Origin: Oligoflexia bacterium
GTDB lineage: Bacteria; Bdellovibrionota; UBA1018
Direction of reading: 5' to 3'
DNA: 64,000 nt
Assembly (NCBI GenBank): GCA_963758495.1
Contig: CAVWVI010000003.1
Coordinates: forward strand, 1,216,001 to 1,280,000
How positions within the stretch are numbered: position 1 is the stretch's first letter; each line of letters starts with the position of its first letter. Shown here piece after piece: positions 22,073 through 32,500 of the stretch. The translations under genes were made by a program, and so were the position numbers. Below the pieces are notes generated by a model. That model was given only the letters and a program-made list of their open reading frames with translations. It was not told the origin of the DNA and ran no database searches.

Positions 22073-23146
22073 TTACTTCCTTCTCAGAACCAGACCCCCA
22101 GCTAAAAGTATAAACAAACTACTCGGTAACCATGCTGCGACCCAAGGAAGAAAGACTCCCTTAGTTCCCAAGGACAAGCTCACTGAGTAAGAAAGCCAGT
22201 ATAAAAATGTAACTCCGAGGCAAAGTCCAAGATCCTTGGCGACTCCACCTTCTCGTCTCGCTCCCAACGAAAATGGCACCGCAAGGAAACACATCACAAT
22301 AGGTATAAAGCTCAGGCTAATTCGAGAATGAAATTTGACTTCATACGACCGTGTATCCGCTCCAGCATTTTTGATTCTCTGAATGTAGTGGTAAAGCTCT
22401 TTAAACTGTAAACCATCCACTTCTTTATCAATTTCCTGAAAGTCTTTTGGAGACTCTGAAATGATCATTTCTTTTTCTTTAAAACTTTTTGTCATAGGAA
22501 AAGGATTGTCGGGCGAAAATACTGTAACCGTACCCTCCATCATTTTCCAACCTTTTGGCGTGTATGCTGCCTGTTCAGCACCCACCACTTGAACCAAATT
22601 AAAATCCTCATCAAATGTATAAACTGACATTCCATGAATGGTTTTGGTTTGAACGTCAAACCGCTGCAAATTGTAAATTAAATTTTTTGATCGATACCAA
22701 ATTTTATCCCGCTTGATATCTAAAAAGAAATCAGGCCGTTTTTGCATTTCTCGCCAGTAATAATTCGTTCTAATTCGAAAAGCCGGAGGTAAAATCCGAT
22801 CCTCTGATACCAGAATCAAACAGCAGACAATAAAGACTATAGATAGGATCAGCGTCATCACCCGTTTGAGGCTGAATCCAATTGCATAGCAAGCAATCAA
22901 CTCTTGGGTTCTTGATAAACCAGACAGTGTAAGGACCGTGGCCAATAAGACCGCCGGGGGAAACATCTGCACAATGATCTGAGGGAGGTTCATCCAATGA
23001 TACAAAAGGATTTGATGTGTAGGGTAATTATGATCATAAAGGTCTGTAAACATTGACTGAAATAAAAAAAGCGCTCCCATCGAAACCACTCCTAAAAGTA
23101 GATTTTGAAGAAAGATCCCAGCAATGTAGCGATCGAGCGTTTTCAT
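22073..23146 (-). CDS. lptG: LPS export ABC permease LptG (LptF/G family)
   Basis: MKTLDRYI start, 3+3 TM layout with periplasmic beta-jellyroll, ELIA..A.G and AAWLP motifs. Confidence 0.85.
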   Translation of the reverse strand: MKTLDRYIAGIFLQNLLLGVVSMGALFLFQSMFTDLYDHNYPTHQILLYHWMNLPQIIVQMFPPAVLLATVLTLSGLSRTQELIACYAIGFSLKRVMTLILSIVFIVCCLILVSEDRILPPAFRIRTNYYWREMQKRPDFFLDIKRDKIWYRSKNLIYNLQRFDVQTKTIHGMSVYTFDEDFNLVQVVGAEQAAYTPKGWKMMEGTVTVFSPDNPFPMTKSFKEKEMIISESPKDFQEIDKEVDGLQFKELYHYIQRIKNAGADTRSYEVKFHSRISLSFIPIVMCFLAVPFSLGARREGGVAKDLGLCLGVTFLYWLSYSVSLSLGTKGVFLPWVAAWLPSSLFILLAGGLVLRRK

Positions 23147-23260
23147 AATGCAAAAAGCTTACAACTTTCTGACAAGAGACGACACCTCCGTTTTGCACTT
23201 CCCTGAGACGCTCGTCACGCGCAATGTCAGAACTGAAAACACCAAATACAGATAATTAAT

Positions 23261-24061
23261 TTGATTATGTTTTTTGTGACAGTTATCTTGCCCACTATGG
23301 CAGATAGTCATTCTTTAGTTTCTAATGTGTCTAAGTCTCGAAAAAGCTGGATTATTGAAAATGTTGTTTCATTAGGCCTAGCCCTTTTGATCGTATTCAT
23401 GATCCGTTCAAGCATTATCGAGGCTTTCAAAATTCCCTCTGGCTCTATGATTCCCACCCTCTTGATTGGGGACCATATTTTTGTAAATAAATTTGCTTAT
23501 GGTTTCAAAATTCCATTTTCAGATTTAGTCACCGACCACCCGATTTATGTTCTCAAGCGCGATCCACCTAAGCGGGGTGATGTGATCGTATTCATGTATC
23601 CAAAGGACGAAAGTTTTTACTATATCAAACGAGTCGTGGGCATCCCGGGTGATACAGTTGAGATCAGAAATAAGATCCTTTATATTAATCAAAAGATGGT
23701 TCAGAGGGACCTTGTCACAGGCCCCCCCGCTGAAAAGTTATTTAAAACCCTGGATGATCCTAAATATACTGCGGCGAACTTAGACCTTTATACAGAACAT
23801 CTTGACCATGCTGATCATATGATCATGTTAGATAAAACCAACTTTATGGGTGAAACGAATGGTCCGATTACCGTGCCATCGGAAAGCTTATTCGTCATGG
23901 GAGATAATCGAGATTTTTCGAATGACAGTCGTTTTTGGGGATTCGTTCCTATGCGAAATGTCAAAGGAAAGGCTGTCGTGATTTGGCTATCCCTTTGGGC
24001 AAGCTTTACGGATAGTCAGTTTATCTTTAGACCTGAAAGAATCGGCACGCTGCTTCACTAA
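23261..24061 (+). CDS. lepB: Signal peptidase I
   Basis: IPSGSMIPTL, YIKRVVG and MGDNRDFSNDSR motifs. Start may be ATG 23297. Confidence 0.95.
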   Translation: MIMFFVTVILPTMADSHSLVSNVSKSRKSWIIENVVSLGLALLIVFMIRSSIIEAFKIPSGSMIPTLLIGDHIFVNKFAYGFKIPFSDLVTDHPIYVLKRDPPKRGDVIVFMYPKDESFYYIKRVVGIPGDTVEIRNKILYINQKMVQRDLVTGPPAEKLFKTLDDPKYTAANLDLYTEHLDHADHMIMLDKTNFMGETNGPITVPSESLFVMGDNRDFSNDSRFWGFVPMRNVKGKAVVIWLSLWASFTDSQFIFRPERIGTLLH

Positions 24062-24817
24062 TAGGTTTGTCAGGCAGTAACAGAAATAAGCGATAAAATC
24101 TAAAGTGAGGCCCATCATTTTTCTGATTCGATTAGGTAAATGATCTACTTTGGCCGCTACTCTTGGGCCTATATGATAATAGCCGAGTACAAACCCTCTC
24201 CCGACACTCGAGCGCTTTAAGACCTGATCTCTAAACTGACGAAGAGCCGGAAGGGTCGTTGGCTTTGTGACATCTATCAGTGAAGTCGCAATAAAGCAGC
24301 GTGCCACAGAAATCAGCTTATAAGCATTTTGAAAGTCACTCCGATGAAGGGGGCTGCCATAAGCTATGTATTTTCTTAATGATTCAGCACAAAGCGCTTG
24401 ATAAGGCATCCCTTTCGAAAAGGCGACGTATTTTTCAAGGTAGTGAGCAAATTCCCTGTGCTTATGGGATGATTGAGTGCGATCAAAAAGTTTAACAAGA
24501 TCCCAATAAATACCGCTGATCATGAGCATCTCAGAAAGATCCGCTTTTGCATCAAAACAAGCAGGAGTTAACCCACCTTCCCTCACTTGCTTGATTTCTT
24601 CCAAAACCCTCAAGTAAGACTGAAAAGCTTTTACCGCTTCCATGATCTTATGTCGATTATAGGCATCGATTCCGGCGCGAGCATACTCTAAGCGATGCGT
24701 TAGAAGTTTATGCCGTTGCTCTTTTTCTGCAATTTCAATTTTCTTTTCGACGCTTCTACGAACGTGATCAACAGATTTATCTTTATAAGATAAGGGGTTA
24801 TTTTTATTTTCAGCCAT
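23987..24817 (-). CDS. Helical protein with C-terminal CFI-box-CTERM-like domain
   Basis: CFIATSL...LRQFRDQVL...GRGFVLGYYHIGP pattern at the C-terminus. Confidence 0.7.
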   Translation of the reverse strand: MAENKNNPLSYKDKSVDHVRRSVEKKIEIAEKEQRHKLLTHRLEYARAGIDAYNRHKIMEAVKAFQSYLRVLEEIKQVREGGLTPACFDAKADLSEMLMISGIYWDLVKLFDRTQSSHKHREFAHYLEKYVAFSKGMPYQALCAESLRKYIAYGSPLHRSDFQNAYKLISVARCFIATSLIDVTKPTTLPALRQFRDQVLKRSSVGRGFVLGYYHIGPRVAAKVDHLPNRIRKMMGLTLDFIAYFCYCLTNLLVKQRADSFRSKDKLTIRKACPKG

Positions 24818-24826
24818 TTATAAACA

Positions 24827-26911
24827 TTATATCCCATAAGGATCAATGTCGGCTATAAACTGCCACTTACGCTGTGCACAAACGCTTTTCGAAAAAGAAA
24901 CAGCTCTCTGTAAGATTTGAATATTCTTTGCTTTGAGTAATAAATCCCAGCGATAAATCCCTTTTATCTTTTCTAAAAAGGCTTCACTAGGACCTAATAA
25001 CTCTAAGGTACGATCGGATTGCAGTACAGGACTTATATTTTGATCAAAGATCTTCCTCAACTGTGTTGCAATCTCTTGGGCACGATTGAATGCCTCCTCT
25101 TTCGATGAGTTCTCAAACCTAAATCTAACCAATCGACCAAAAGGAGGGTAACCTAAAATTTGTCGCAGTTGACGTTCACCTTCAAGAAAGTCCTCTTCTA
25201 ATATCTGCCCTTGAATCACTTGAAGCACGGGATGATCCACATTAAAAGTTTGAATCATCACTTTTCCAGGCTTTTCTCCTCGCCCAGCCCTTCCTGCTAC
25301 TTGTTTTAGTATTTGCACTGCCCTCTCGGGCGCACGAAAATCCGGCCAACGAAAGAGAGAATCTGCCATCACCACCACAACTAAGGTGACTCCCGGAAAA
25401 TCATGACCTTTGACCAACATTTGGGTGCCTAAAAGAAGGTTCGCTTCACCTCGTCTAAATTCATCCAGGATCACACCCAACCGAGTGGCACTCGTAATTT
25501 GATCACGATCTAATCTCAAAATTTTTGCACCAGAGACTAACTTAGGGAGTTCTGTTTCTAAACTTTCCGTTCCTGCCCCCATCGCACGCAACTTTGGACT
25601 CTGACATTTATGACATAGATCAGGAATCCCTTCATGATGAGTACAGAGATGGCATCTCAACTGTAATTTCTTTTTATGAAGAGCAAGAGAAACAGAACAG
25701 TGCGGGCAACCTTTTACTTCTCCACAATCACTACAGAGCAGGAAAGAGGCAAAACCCCGACGATTTAAGTAGACGATCACTTGCCCACCTGCATCAATCG
25801 TTTCCTGAATTTTTTGTACAGTTCTACGAGCTAAGAGTGCTTGAGTGTTCGCAACTTTATCTTCAATTCTCAAGTCTACTATTTCAATCTGAGGCAATCC
25901 CCCCGAGGCAATGCGATGATCCAGAGTTGTCATTAAGTAACGTTTTTCTCGAACTCGTTCTTGTGTCTCAAGACTAGGCGTCGCGGACCCCAAGATGGTA
26001 AGCGAATTTGTAATTTTGGCTCGTACTACCGCTAAGTCACGGGCATGATATCGAACTCGATCTTCTTGTTTATAGGTAGGATCATGCTCTTCATCAACCA
26101 CTAACAAGCCGAGCTGCTGAACAGGAGCAAATACTGCCGATCTTGCACCCACGACTACTTTGACTTCACCACTCTGCAGGGCCGCAAGAAGATCACGCCG
26201 CTGTCCATTGGAAATTGCCGAATGCCAAAGTCCAACTGGAATTCCGAGCCCATCTTCAAATCGTCTATGAAGCTGGGGGGTCAGGGCAATTTCTGGAACC
26301 AAAATCAGAACACCCTTTCCCTCTTCGAGTGTTTTTTTAGCAAGCTCTATATAAATTTCTGTCTTTCCACTGCCGGTTACCCCTTTTAAAAGCACCACTT
26401 TTCCGAGCTTTTCTTGGCGAGCTTTCTCAAGGAACTCGACGGCCCCTTGCTGTTCAGACGTCAATACATGTGTGGAAGGATTTATGGACGGTGATGATCG
26501 TACGATGGGTCGCGGGCCTCTCTTCAGTTTTTTCTTTGCAAGGGAACTATGGCTTCCTGCGCCATTTAAAACTTCGCCCAGCGGGACACAGTAATATTCA
26601 TGGGCCCAACGACAAAGACTGAGAACATCCGCCGGAAAAACAGCGTCCGGATCACCCACTTCCAAAACCTCTTTGAGTTGATTGACGGACAAGCCCGCCG
26701 GAAGTTCTGATAACGGTCTAGGTGGCTCCACAATAAAGGCATGGGTAGCAGCATTTCCAAAACGCACCTTGACCCATCCCCCCACCTTAACCAACGGGAC
26801 CAGGTGCGCAGGCAATTTATAAGTAAAAAGCCCGTGCAATGGTCTTGGGATCGCAACAGAAATCATCTGAGGCGCTGAAGAATGAGAGAGATTACTATCG
26901 CATGATGTCAT
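24827..26911 (-). CDS. priA: Primosomal protein N' (helicase)
   Basis: GVTGSGKTE, VDEEHD, four CxxC pairs, GTQMLVKGHDFP, QVAGRAGR and DIDP motifs. Confidence 0.96.
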   Translation of the reverse strand: MTSCDSNLSHSSAPQMISVAIPRPLHGLFTYKLPAHLVPLVKVGGWVKVRFGNAATHAFIVEPPRPLSELPAGLSVNQLKEVLEVGDPDAVFPADVLSLCRWAHEYYCVPLGEVLNGAGSHSSLAKKKLKRGPRPIVRSSPSINPSTHVLTSEQQGAVEFLEKARQEKLGKVVLLKGVTGSGKTEIYIELAKKTLEEGKGVLILVPEIALTPQLHRRFEDGLGIPVGLWHSAISNGQRRDLLAALQSGEVKVVVGARSAVFAPVQQLGLLVVDEEHDPTYKQEDRVRYHARDLAVVRAKITNSLTILGSATPSLETQERVREKRYLMTTLDHRIASGGLPQIEIVDLRIEDKVANTQALLARRTVQKIQETIDAGGQVIVYLNRRGFASFLLCSDCGEVKGCPHCSVSLALHKKKLQLRCHLCTHHEGIPDLCHKCQSPKLRAMGAGTESLETELPKLVSGAKILRLDRDQITSATRLGVILDEFRRGEANLLLGTQMLVKGHDFPGVTLVVVVMADSLFRWPDFRAPERAVQILKQVAGRAGRGEKPGKVMIQTFNVDHPVLQVIQGQILEEDFLEGERQLRQILGYPPFGRLVRFRFENSSKEEAFNRAQEIATQLRKIFDQNISPVLQSDRTLELLGPSEAFLEKIKGIYRWDLLLKAKNIQILQRAVSFSKSVCAQRKWQFIADIDPYGI

Positions 26912-27791
26912 AATAAATCCGAATTGAATCTCTCACCGCTGAAGCTATCGAATTTCCTGCTTCTGTATAACCGGGGTGAATAGGCGTCGATAAGAGATGA
27001 GCCGGATTTACATTAAAATCTATTAATTGACTAGAAAAGATAACTTCACTGGTCTTCTCTAAAGTTTTGGGAGTTTTGGGCGTTTTCAGAACTTTGATGA
27101 CCCTAGGGTACGGAAATTCTCTAAAAAAATGAAAATTTTCAAATTGAAAATCATAGACTTGCTCTAATTCAGTCGGATTCGTATAAATGATTCGCAGAGG
27201 TAAAAAGGTATCTTTCTGCATCCATAACTGTGGGGAAATTTGATCTTTTGGGCCTTGAGATCCAACCACCCATGCGACGCCGCCATTCCATCTGGCCATC
27301 ATTTTATTCTCAGTCTGGTTATTCTCAGTCTGAGTATTTTTAACCTGGTTATTTTCAGTCTGAGTTTGTAACCGCTCAGCACTTTGAGCTACGGAGTTAC
27401 TCTCCTCAGTTTGTACGGAAATTCCACTCTTGACTAAAGAAGCTATGACTTCGCTAGAATTAGAACTCAACACCATTTTCGCTGCAGTAGGCAAATCTTT
27501 TAATGATTTTTCGATAGAGTAAAGCCTTTTATCAGTGTCATCACTGACCCAACTCAAGAATATGTCCTTGTCGAAATCAATCAAGAACGTTTCTTTAAAG
27601 TGAACCTCTGTAGGCTTATTATTCTCATAAGCAGTCACAAGCGTTCTCACTTTGAGGGTCTTTATTGGAGCATGCTTTTTAACCCAACTTTTAACTAAAA
27701 ATGAAGAAGGAGGAATATAAGCGAATGCAGAAGAGGACCCCAATGCTATCATCCATACCAATCCGATTCCAATACAAGTCAGTCTTCTCAC
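26895..27791 (-). CDS. Exported hypothetical protein (possibly LolA-like fold) with short QTENN repeats
   Basis: Signal peptide ending AFA; LW..KDTFLP motif; 15-bp repeats at ~27303-27364. Confidence 0.55.
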   Translation of the reverse strand: MRRLTCIGIGLVWMIALGSSSAFAYIPPSSFLVKSWVKKHAPIKTLKVRTLVTAYENNKPTEVHFKETFLIDFDKDIFLSWVSDDTDKRLYSIEKSLKDLPTAAKMVLSSNSSEVIASLVKSGISVQTEESNSVAQSAERLQTQTENNQVKNTQTENNQTENKMMARWNGGVAWVVGSQGPKDQISPQLWMQKDTFLPLRIIYTNPTELEQVYDFQFENFHFFREFPYPRVIKVLKTPKTPKTLEKTSEVIFSSQLIDFNVNPAHLLSTPIHPGYTEAGNSIASAVRDSIRIYYDIMR

Positions 27792-27792
27792 G

Positions 27793-28671
27793 TCAGCTAC
27801 TCCCCAAATGCTTTTTCATCAGCTCTTTGACATCATCTGCTAACTCCGGTCTTTTTAAAGCAAAAGCAAGAGTGGCATCTATAAATCCTAAACGATCACC
27901 CGTATCATAACGAGTGCCTTCAAATTGAAAGGCCAGAAGTTTTTCTTGCTGAGCAAGAAGTTGTAATCCATCTGTAAGCTGAATTTCACCTCCACTCCCT
28001 GGCCTAATTTTTCTAATGCACTCAAAAATATTTGAAGAAAGTACATACCTTCCAGGAATGGCAAAGGTAGAAGGCGTATCTTTGGGCGCGGGTTTTTCAA
28101 CAAGTTGACTGACATGCATCAACTTTGAGCTCAACATTTTTCCACCCACGATGCCATATTTACTGACATCATTTTTTTCTACCTTCATAATTCCCACAAC
28201 AGAAGCATTTTCCTTGTCATAAATATCAATCAACTGTTTGATACAAGGAACCTCTGAATCAATTAAATCATCTCCCAGCAGAACTGCAAAGGGCTCGTCC
28301 CCTATCATTGAAGCAGCGCATAAGACCGCATGACCCAGACCTAAAGGTTCTTTTTGCCTGATGGAAACCACATTGCACATTTTAGCAATGGATTTTGATA
28401 GCTTTGAAAGTTCCGTTTTTTGCTTCTTATCCAGACTCTCTTCGAGTTCATAATTATAATCGAAATGATTCTCAATGGCTTCTTTATGCCGAGCTGTTAT
28501 GAGAATGATCGTTTCGATTCCTGCCCGAACCGCTTCCTCCACGATATGCTGGATCATCGGAACATCTACAATAGGAATCATTTCTTTGGGTATTGCTTTA
28601 GTCGCAGGCAAAAATCGAGTTCCCAAGCCAGCGACTGGAATGACCGCTTTTCGAACTTTCAATTGAGACAT
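27793..28671 (-). CDS. galU: UTP-glucose-1-phosphate uridylyltransferase
   Basis: KAVIPVAGLGTRFLPATKAIPKEM, GLGHAV, VEKP and GEIQLTD motifs. Confidence 0.97.
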   Translation of the reverse strand: MSQLKVRKAVIPVAGLGTRFLPATKAIPKEMIPIVDVPMIQHIVEEAVRAGIETIILITARHKEAIENHFDYNYELEESLDKKQKTELSKLSKSIAKMCNVVSIRQKEPLGLGHAVLCAASMIGDEPFAVLLGDDLIDSEVPCIKQLIDIYDKENASVVGIMKVEKNDVSKYGIVGGKMLSSKLMHVSQLVEKPAPKDTPSTFAIPGRYVLSSNIFECIRKIRPGSGGEIQLTDGLQLLAQQEKLLAFQFEGTRYDTGDRLGFIDATLAFALKRPELADDVKELMKKHLGSS

Positions 28672-28717
28672 AACATGACCCTCCGGAAGTTCCCGGAGAG
28701 AGTGTGCTAAGAGACTC

Positions 28718-29092
28718 TCAATTACGCCCCGGGAAACGATGCTCCTCGGACTCTAGCTCGACTTTGCAATCGATGCAAAGAGTAGTAAATGGGAAGGCTT
28801 CAATTCGACCTTCCGAAATTGGCTCATCGCAGCGTTCACACTCACCAAAAGAACCACTATCTAACCGCTTAATGGCTTCGTCTATCTGCCAAAGAATATT
28901 ACGTTCGCGATTCTTCATTTGAAGAGTAAAACTCTTATCTGTATCAGCAGCAGCTTGATCAACTGTATCCGTATAGGTCGACTCATCATTAATCAACTGG
29001 ACTGTCGCTAGGCGTAAATCTTCTGCAAGCGCATTACGGCGAGCAGTCAACTGTTTACGATATACTTCAACCTTTTCCTTGCGTAATGCCAT
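28718..29092 (-). CDS. dksA: DksA/TraR C4 zinc-finger transcription factor
   Basis: DTVDQA coiled-coil tip and CERC...CIDC. Start at ATG 29092. Confidence 0.85.
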   Translation of the reverse strand: MALRKEKVEVYRKQLTARRNALAEDLRLATVQLINDESTYTDTVDQAAADTDKSFTLQMKNRERNILWQIDEAIKRLDSGSFGECERCDEPISEGRIEAFPFTTLCIDCKVELESEEHRFPGRN

Positions 29093-29186
29093 AAGCGATG
29101 ACTCTTTAGCGGTATTCTCTATCAAAGTAAAGAGTAATTTTGACACTTCGCATTCAAACGGCTTTAAAGCTGATTATTGACCGATC

Positions 29187-30083
29187 TTGTGTCAATGTCT
29201 TCATATGTTTAAGTATATTATAGTGGTTACTTTATTTTTAAATCTCTACATGAGTTCTCCCCTTCAGGCATCCGATTTTCATTCGCCTCGAACGGAAGCT
29301 CTGGGCGGCGCCGGCCACGCCAGTCCCCTTCTCAATGACGCCATCTATCTCAATCCATCGTTTACATCTTTTAATCAAGTCCATAGCTTAAGCTTTAACT
29401 ATCTCACGTACGGAGATAGCACGATTACGACACCTGCCGGAACGAGTGATTATTACGGACATAATATCAATGCTTCAGTTTTAGATGGAACTCAAGAATC
29501 CATTTTTCAAGCAGGCGTAGGGTATACTCGAAGAGATGACAGCTCCTTGCTTCATTTAGGTGCTTCAAAGAATATCACTCAAAAGATGGGGGTAGGGATC
29601 GGCAGTAAATTTATTTTCCCCAATGACCCTGCAGCAAGCCGTATCTATGAAGCTTCGCTTTCTGTCTCAGGGATCTTAAGTACTTGGTTTCAAACTGCTC
29701 TTGTTGTTGATAATCTTCTGGAAACTGCCTCTAGCCGAGGTTTTTATCGCGAATTCACTCTAGGAACAAAATTTAACTTAAGCTCCATCATTTTGATTTA
29801 TATAGACCCCCTCTGGGTCCCCAACCTACCCGTCGATCAATCTACTAACCAAGCCACATGGGGCTTTGAAAGTGGTGTTGAATTTCCATTCTTCAGTGAG
29901 GTCTTCTTAAGAGTGGGAACCTTCAAAAATGCGACAGTTCCTTATCAAGCGCAAAGAGGAAATGGATATGGATTGGGGCTAGGATGGATGGGACCCAAAC
30001 TGTCTTTCGATTATAGTTTTTCACGAGTCATCACCCCGATCTCTACCTTGAGTCATAACTTTGGAATGTCCGTTTTCTTTTAA
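29187..30083 (+). CDS. Outer-membrane beta-barrel protein (PorV/FadL-like N-terminus)
   Basis: Signal peptide; R..ALGGA...DAIYLNP; alternating beta pattern; terminal Phe. Confidence 0.6.
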   Translation: MCQCLHMFKYIIVVTLFLNLYMSSPLQASDFHSPRTEALGGAGHASPLLNDAIYLNPSFTSFNQVHSLSFNYLTYGDSTITTPAGTSDYYGHNINASVLDGTQESIFQAGVGYTRRDDSSLLHLGASKNITQKMGVGIGSKFIFPNDPAASRIYEASLSVSGILSTWFQTALVVDNLLETASSRGFYREFTLGTKFNLSSIILIYIDPLWVPNLPVDQSTNQATWGFESGVEFPFFSEVFLRVGTFKNATVPYQAQRGNGYGLGLGWMGPKLSFDYSFSRVITPISTLSHNFGMSVFF

Positions 30084-30094
30084 GGCGTTGAACC

Positions 30095-30886
30095 ATGATG
30101 CTACCCATTTCCGCTGCCATCATCACTCGAAATGAAGAATCAAAAATTGCACGTTGCCTCGCCTCATTAACCTGGGTAGACGAAATTATTGTCGTTGACG
30201 CGGAAAGTACAGATCAAACGCGAGCCATTTGCCAAGACCCTACCCAACCTTGGGCTTCAAAAGTTCGTGTCATTCAGAGACCCTGGACAGGATTTAAAGA
30301 TCAAAGAAATTTTGCAATGACTTCCACTCAACATGATTGGATCATTGTACTCGATGCGGATGAGGCCTGCACTCCAGAGCTAGCGCGGAAAATCCAAGCC
30401 CTCTTGAGTCATCCCAACGGTCCCAATAGAACTGCATACAAAATAAGAAGAGTTGAATATTTCCTAGGAAAACCCATCTTATATGGCATTTGGAATCCCA
30501 GTTACCAAGATCGTTTTTTCCATCGCAAAGGTGTTTATTACGTGAATGATATTCATGAATATCCGATTTTTCCGAATCTTCCCGGCGAAATACATGAACC
30601 CATTCTACACTCTCCTGACTTTAATGTGGAAAAGCTGTTAGACAAGATGAATAAATACACAAGCATTGAAGCAAAAGACCGATTTAATCAAGGCAAGCGG
30701 ACTAATTGGTTTCATCTTCTATTCACTTTTCCCGCACTCTCGCTTAAAAATTATTTTTACTATGAAGCATACAAAGATGGCATGCACGGCCTGATTCTCT
30801 CTTTAATCGAAGGAATTTCAAGATTAGTTCGTCATATCAAAATTTGGCAATTGACTCAGGAATCGAAACATAAGAATGCGCCTTAA
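30095..30886 (+). CDS. GT2 glycosyltransferase (WaaE/KdtX-like, LPS)
   Basis: IITRNEE, IIVVDAESTD, QRNFA, LDADE and IHE motifs. Confidence 0.9.
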   Translation: MMLPISAAIITRNEESKIARCLASLTWVDEIIVVDAESTDQTRAICQDPTQPWASKVRVIQRPWTGFKDQRNFAMTSTQHDWIIVLDADEACTPELARKIQALLSHPNGPNRTAYKIRRVEYFLGKPILYGIWNPSYQDRFFHRKGVYYVNDIHEYPIFPNLPGEIHEPILHSPDFNVEKLLDKMNKYTSIEAKDRFNQGKRTNWFHLLFTFPALSLKNYFYYEAYKDGMHGLILSLIEGISRLVRHIKIWQLTQESKHKNAP

Positions 30887-31941
30887 AAGTCATACCCAAC
30901 ACTGAATGATGTAGATGATGACGTTACAGGAATATCACCCACCGTAATTGACAACTGAGAAATATCCAAATGAAGAGAAATGGAGTTACCCTCTGCATAG
31001 GAATGCGCATACGAAATACCCCCTGCAATTTCGCGATCGGACAAACTGGCAATATTAAACCCTTCCCCCACGGGTGAAAATTTTAAATACGCTGACAAAC
31101 TATTTGACCCAAAGAATGTGCTGACCACCGGAAAGAGCTGAGGCCCTGATAAGTTATTAAAACCAAAACTATTACCCGTAACAAACATAGTTGTATAATA
31201 CCCGCCCCCATAGAGAGCGATGCGCCAACTTGGATCCTGATAGAGCAGATATCCTACCTTTGCATTAAAACCCAAATATTTTACAGAAACATTATTGAAA
31301 CCAGAAGGCGCACGAGCCAATGTGCTAGATAATGCAAAAGCAGTAAAAAATGCATTGATTCCCAAATCAAACCGAGGTGGTTTCAAGTCCACTCGATACC
31401 CTAACTTGACGGTAGTGGCGATTTCAGAAAAATCTATCGATGTCCCTTCCGTATAGTGAAGCATTGAAATCCCTAACGAAGGAGAAAATGGATGAGACAT
31501 TTTCTTGGGCTCATCAATAAGCCGAATCATAATATATTCCGTCTCTACCTCTCCACGAAGTCCTATTGTATTCAACTCAATTCTAGCGGGTAGCCTAGAA
31601 ACTCCCCAACGCACTGAAAATGAATGATCGCTCGATTGCGTTGTATCCACTTTAGAAGTTTCAATGAGAAGGGTGGCATTTGGATTTGTGTAATTTCCTT
31701 TTAATTCAATAACGGTTTTTGCATTTGGAGAGACCCCTGAAGAATGTGGGTACACCTCAATTTTTGCGTTAGTTTCCAGTGTTAACTCGGAAATCCGTTT
31801 TGTACTCTCAGTGGCTCTCACAAGCTTAACAAATACAGTCTGTTCCCCACGGGCAACACTCGTCCAGAGAAGGCTCCCTACGATTAAGGTCCTCATCCCT
31901 AATTTCATTAAATACTTGACGTTACACACTTTATAAATCAA
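30883..31941 (-). CDS. Hypothetical outer-membrane protein: N-terminal beta-sandwich plus C-terminal beta-barrel
   Basis: Probable signal peptide; amphipathic strands rich in G/Y/F; ends SFSVGYDF (BAM-type signal). Confidence 0.6.
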   Translation of the reverse strand: MIYKVCNVKYLMKLGMRTLIVGSLLWTSVARGEQTVFVKLVRATESTKRISELTLETNAKIEVYPHSSGVSPNAKTVIELKGNYTNPNATLLIETSKVDTTQSSDHSFSVRWGVSRLPARIELNTIGLRGEVETEYIMIRLIDEPKKMSHPFSPSLGISMLHYTEGTSIDFSEIATTVKLGYRVDLKPPRFDLGINAFFTAFALSSTLARAPSGFNNVSVKYLGFNAKVGYLLYQDPSWRIALYGGGYYTTMFVTGNSFGFNNLSGPQLFPVVSTFFGSNSLSAYLKFSPVGEGFNIASLSDREIAGGISYAHSYAEGNSISLHLDISQLSITVGDIPVTSSSTSFSVGYDF

Positions 31942-32051
31942 ATATTACTTAAATATATCAAATTACACAATATTACTTTAATCGTCAAATTATTAGCACT
32001 TGATCCAAATTTCTATTTGTCAGATAATAAATCTATAGTGACAGGAGGCGT

Positions 32052-32405
32052 ATGCAGGGACTCCTCAGATTTTTATTACTTTATTGTGCTTTGTTTTTCA
32101 TAGCCGCTGTTGGGTGCAGTAAAGTGACCTTAAATAGTCCAGACGATGCCTCAACTACTCCCGTTGGAATTCTACCCAATGCTACCCCTTCCTCTCCCCC
32201 GGTTACTTCTACTTCTATATCGGCAGGAGCAACTCTGACTGGCCCTACCATTGGCACAGGTGCAGGGATCACTCGAGGACAAGGCATCACTCTTATTGCT
32301 TCAATAGGAAGTACGGCCCATGCTTTAAACTCGATTCAATCCATGCAAAGTTCCGTAAATATTCAATGTATTCCTGGAAATTCGGATATCATTCCAAACC
32401 ATTAG
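32052..32405 (+). CDS. Small lipoprotein consisting largely of the shared C-terminal domain
   Basis: AGGAGG RBS; lipobox AVG-C; residues from PVGIL onward align with the C-terminus of 33666-37466. Confidence 0.75.
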   Translation: MQGLLRFLLLYCALFFIAAVGCSKVTLNSPDDASTTPVGILPNATPSSPPVTSTSISAGATLTGPTIGTGAGITRGQGITLIASIGSTAHALNSIQSMQSSVNIQCIPGNSDIIPNH

Positions 32406-32500
32406 GCCAAACCACTAGTTCGCTCACACTCCCTGAAACTCAAATTAGATTTAAAAAATATTTTATATAATTACTAAAACTAATATAATATATTAAACAT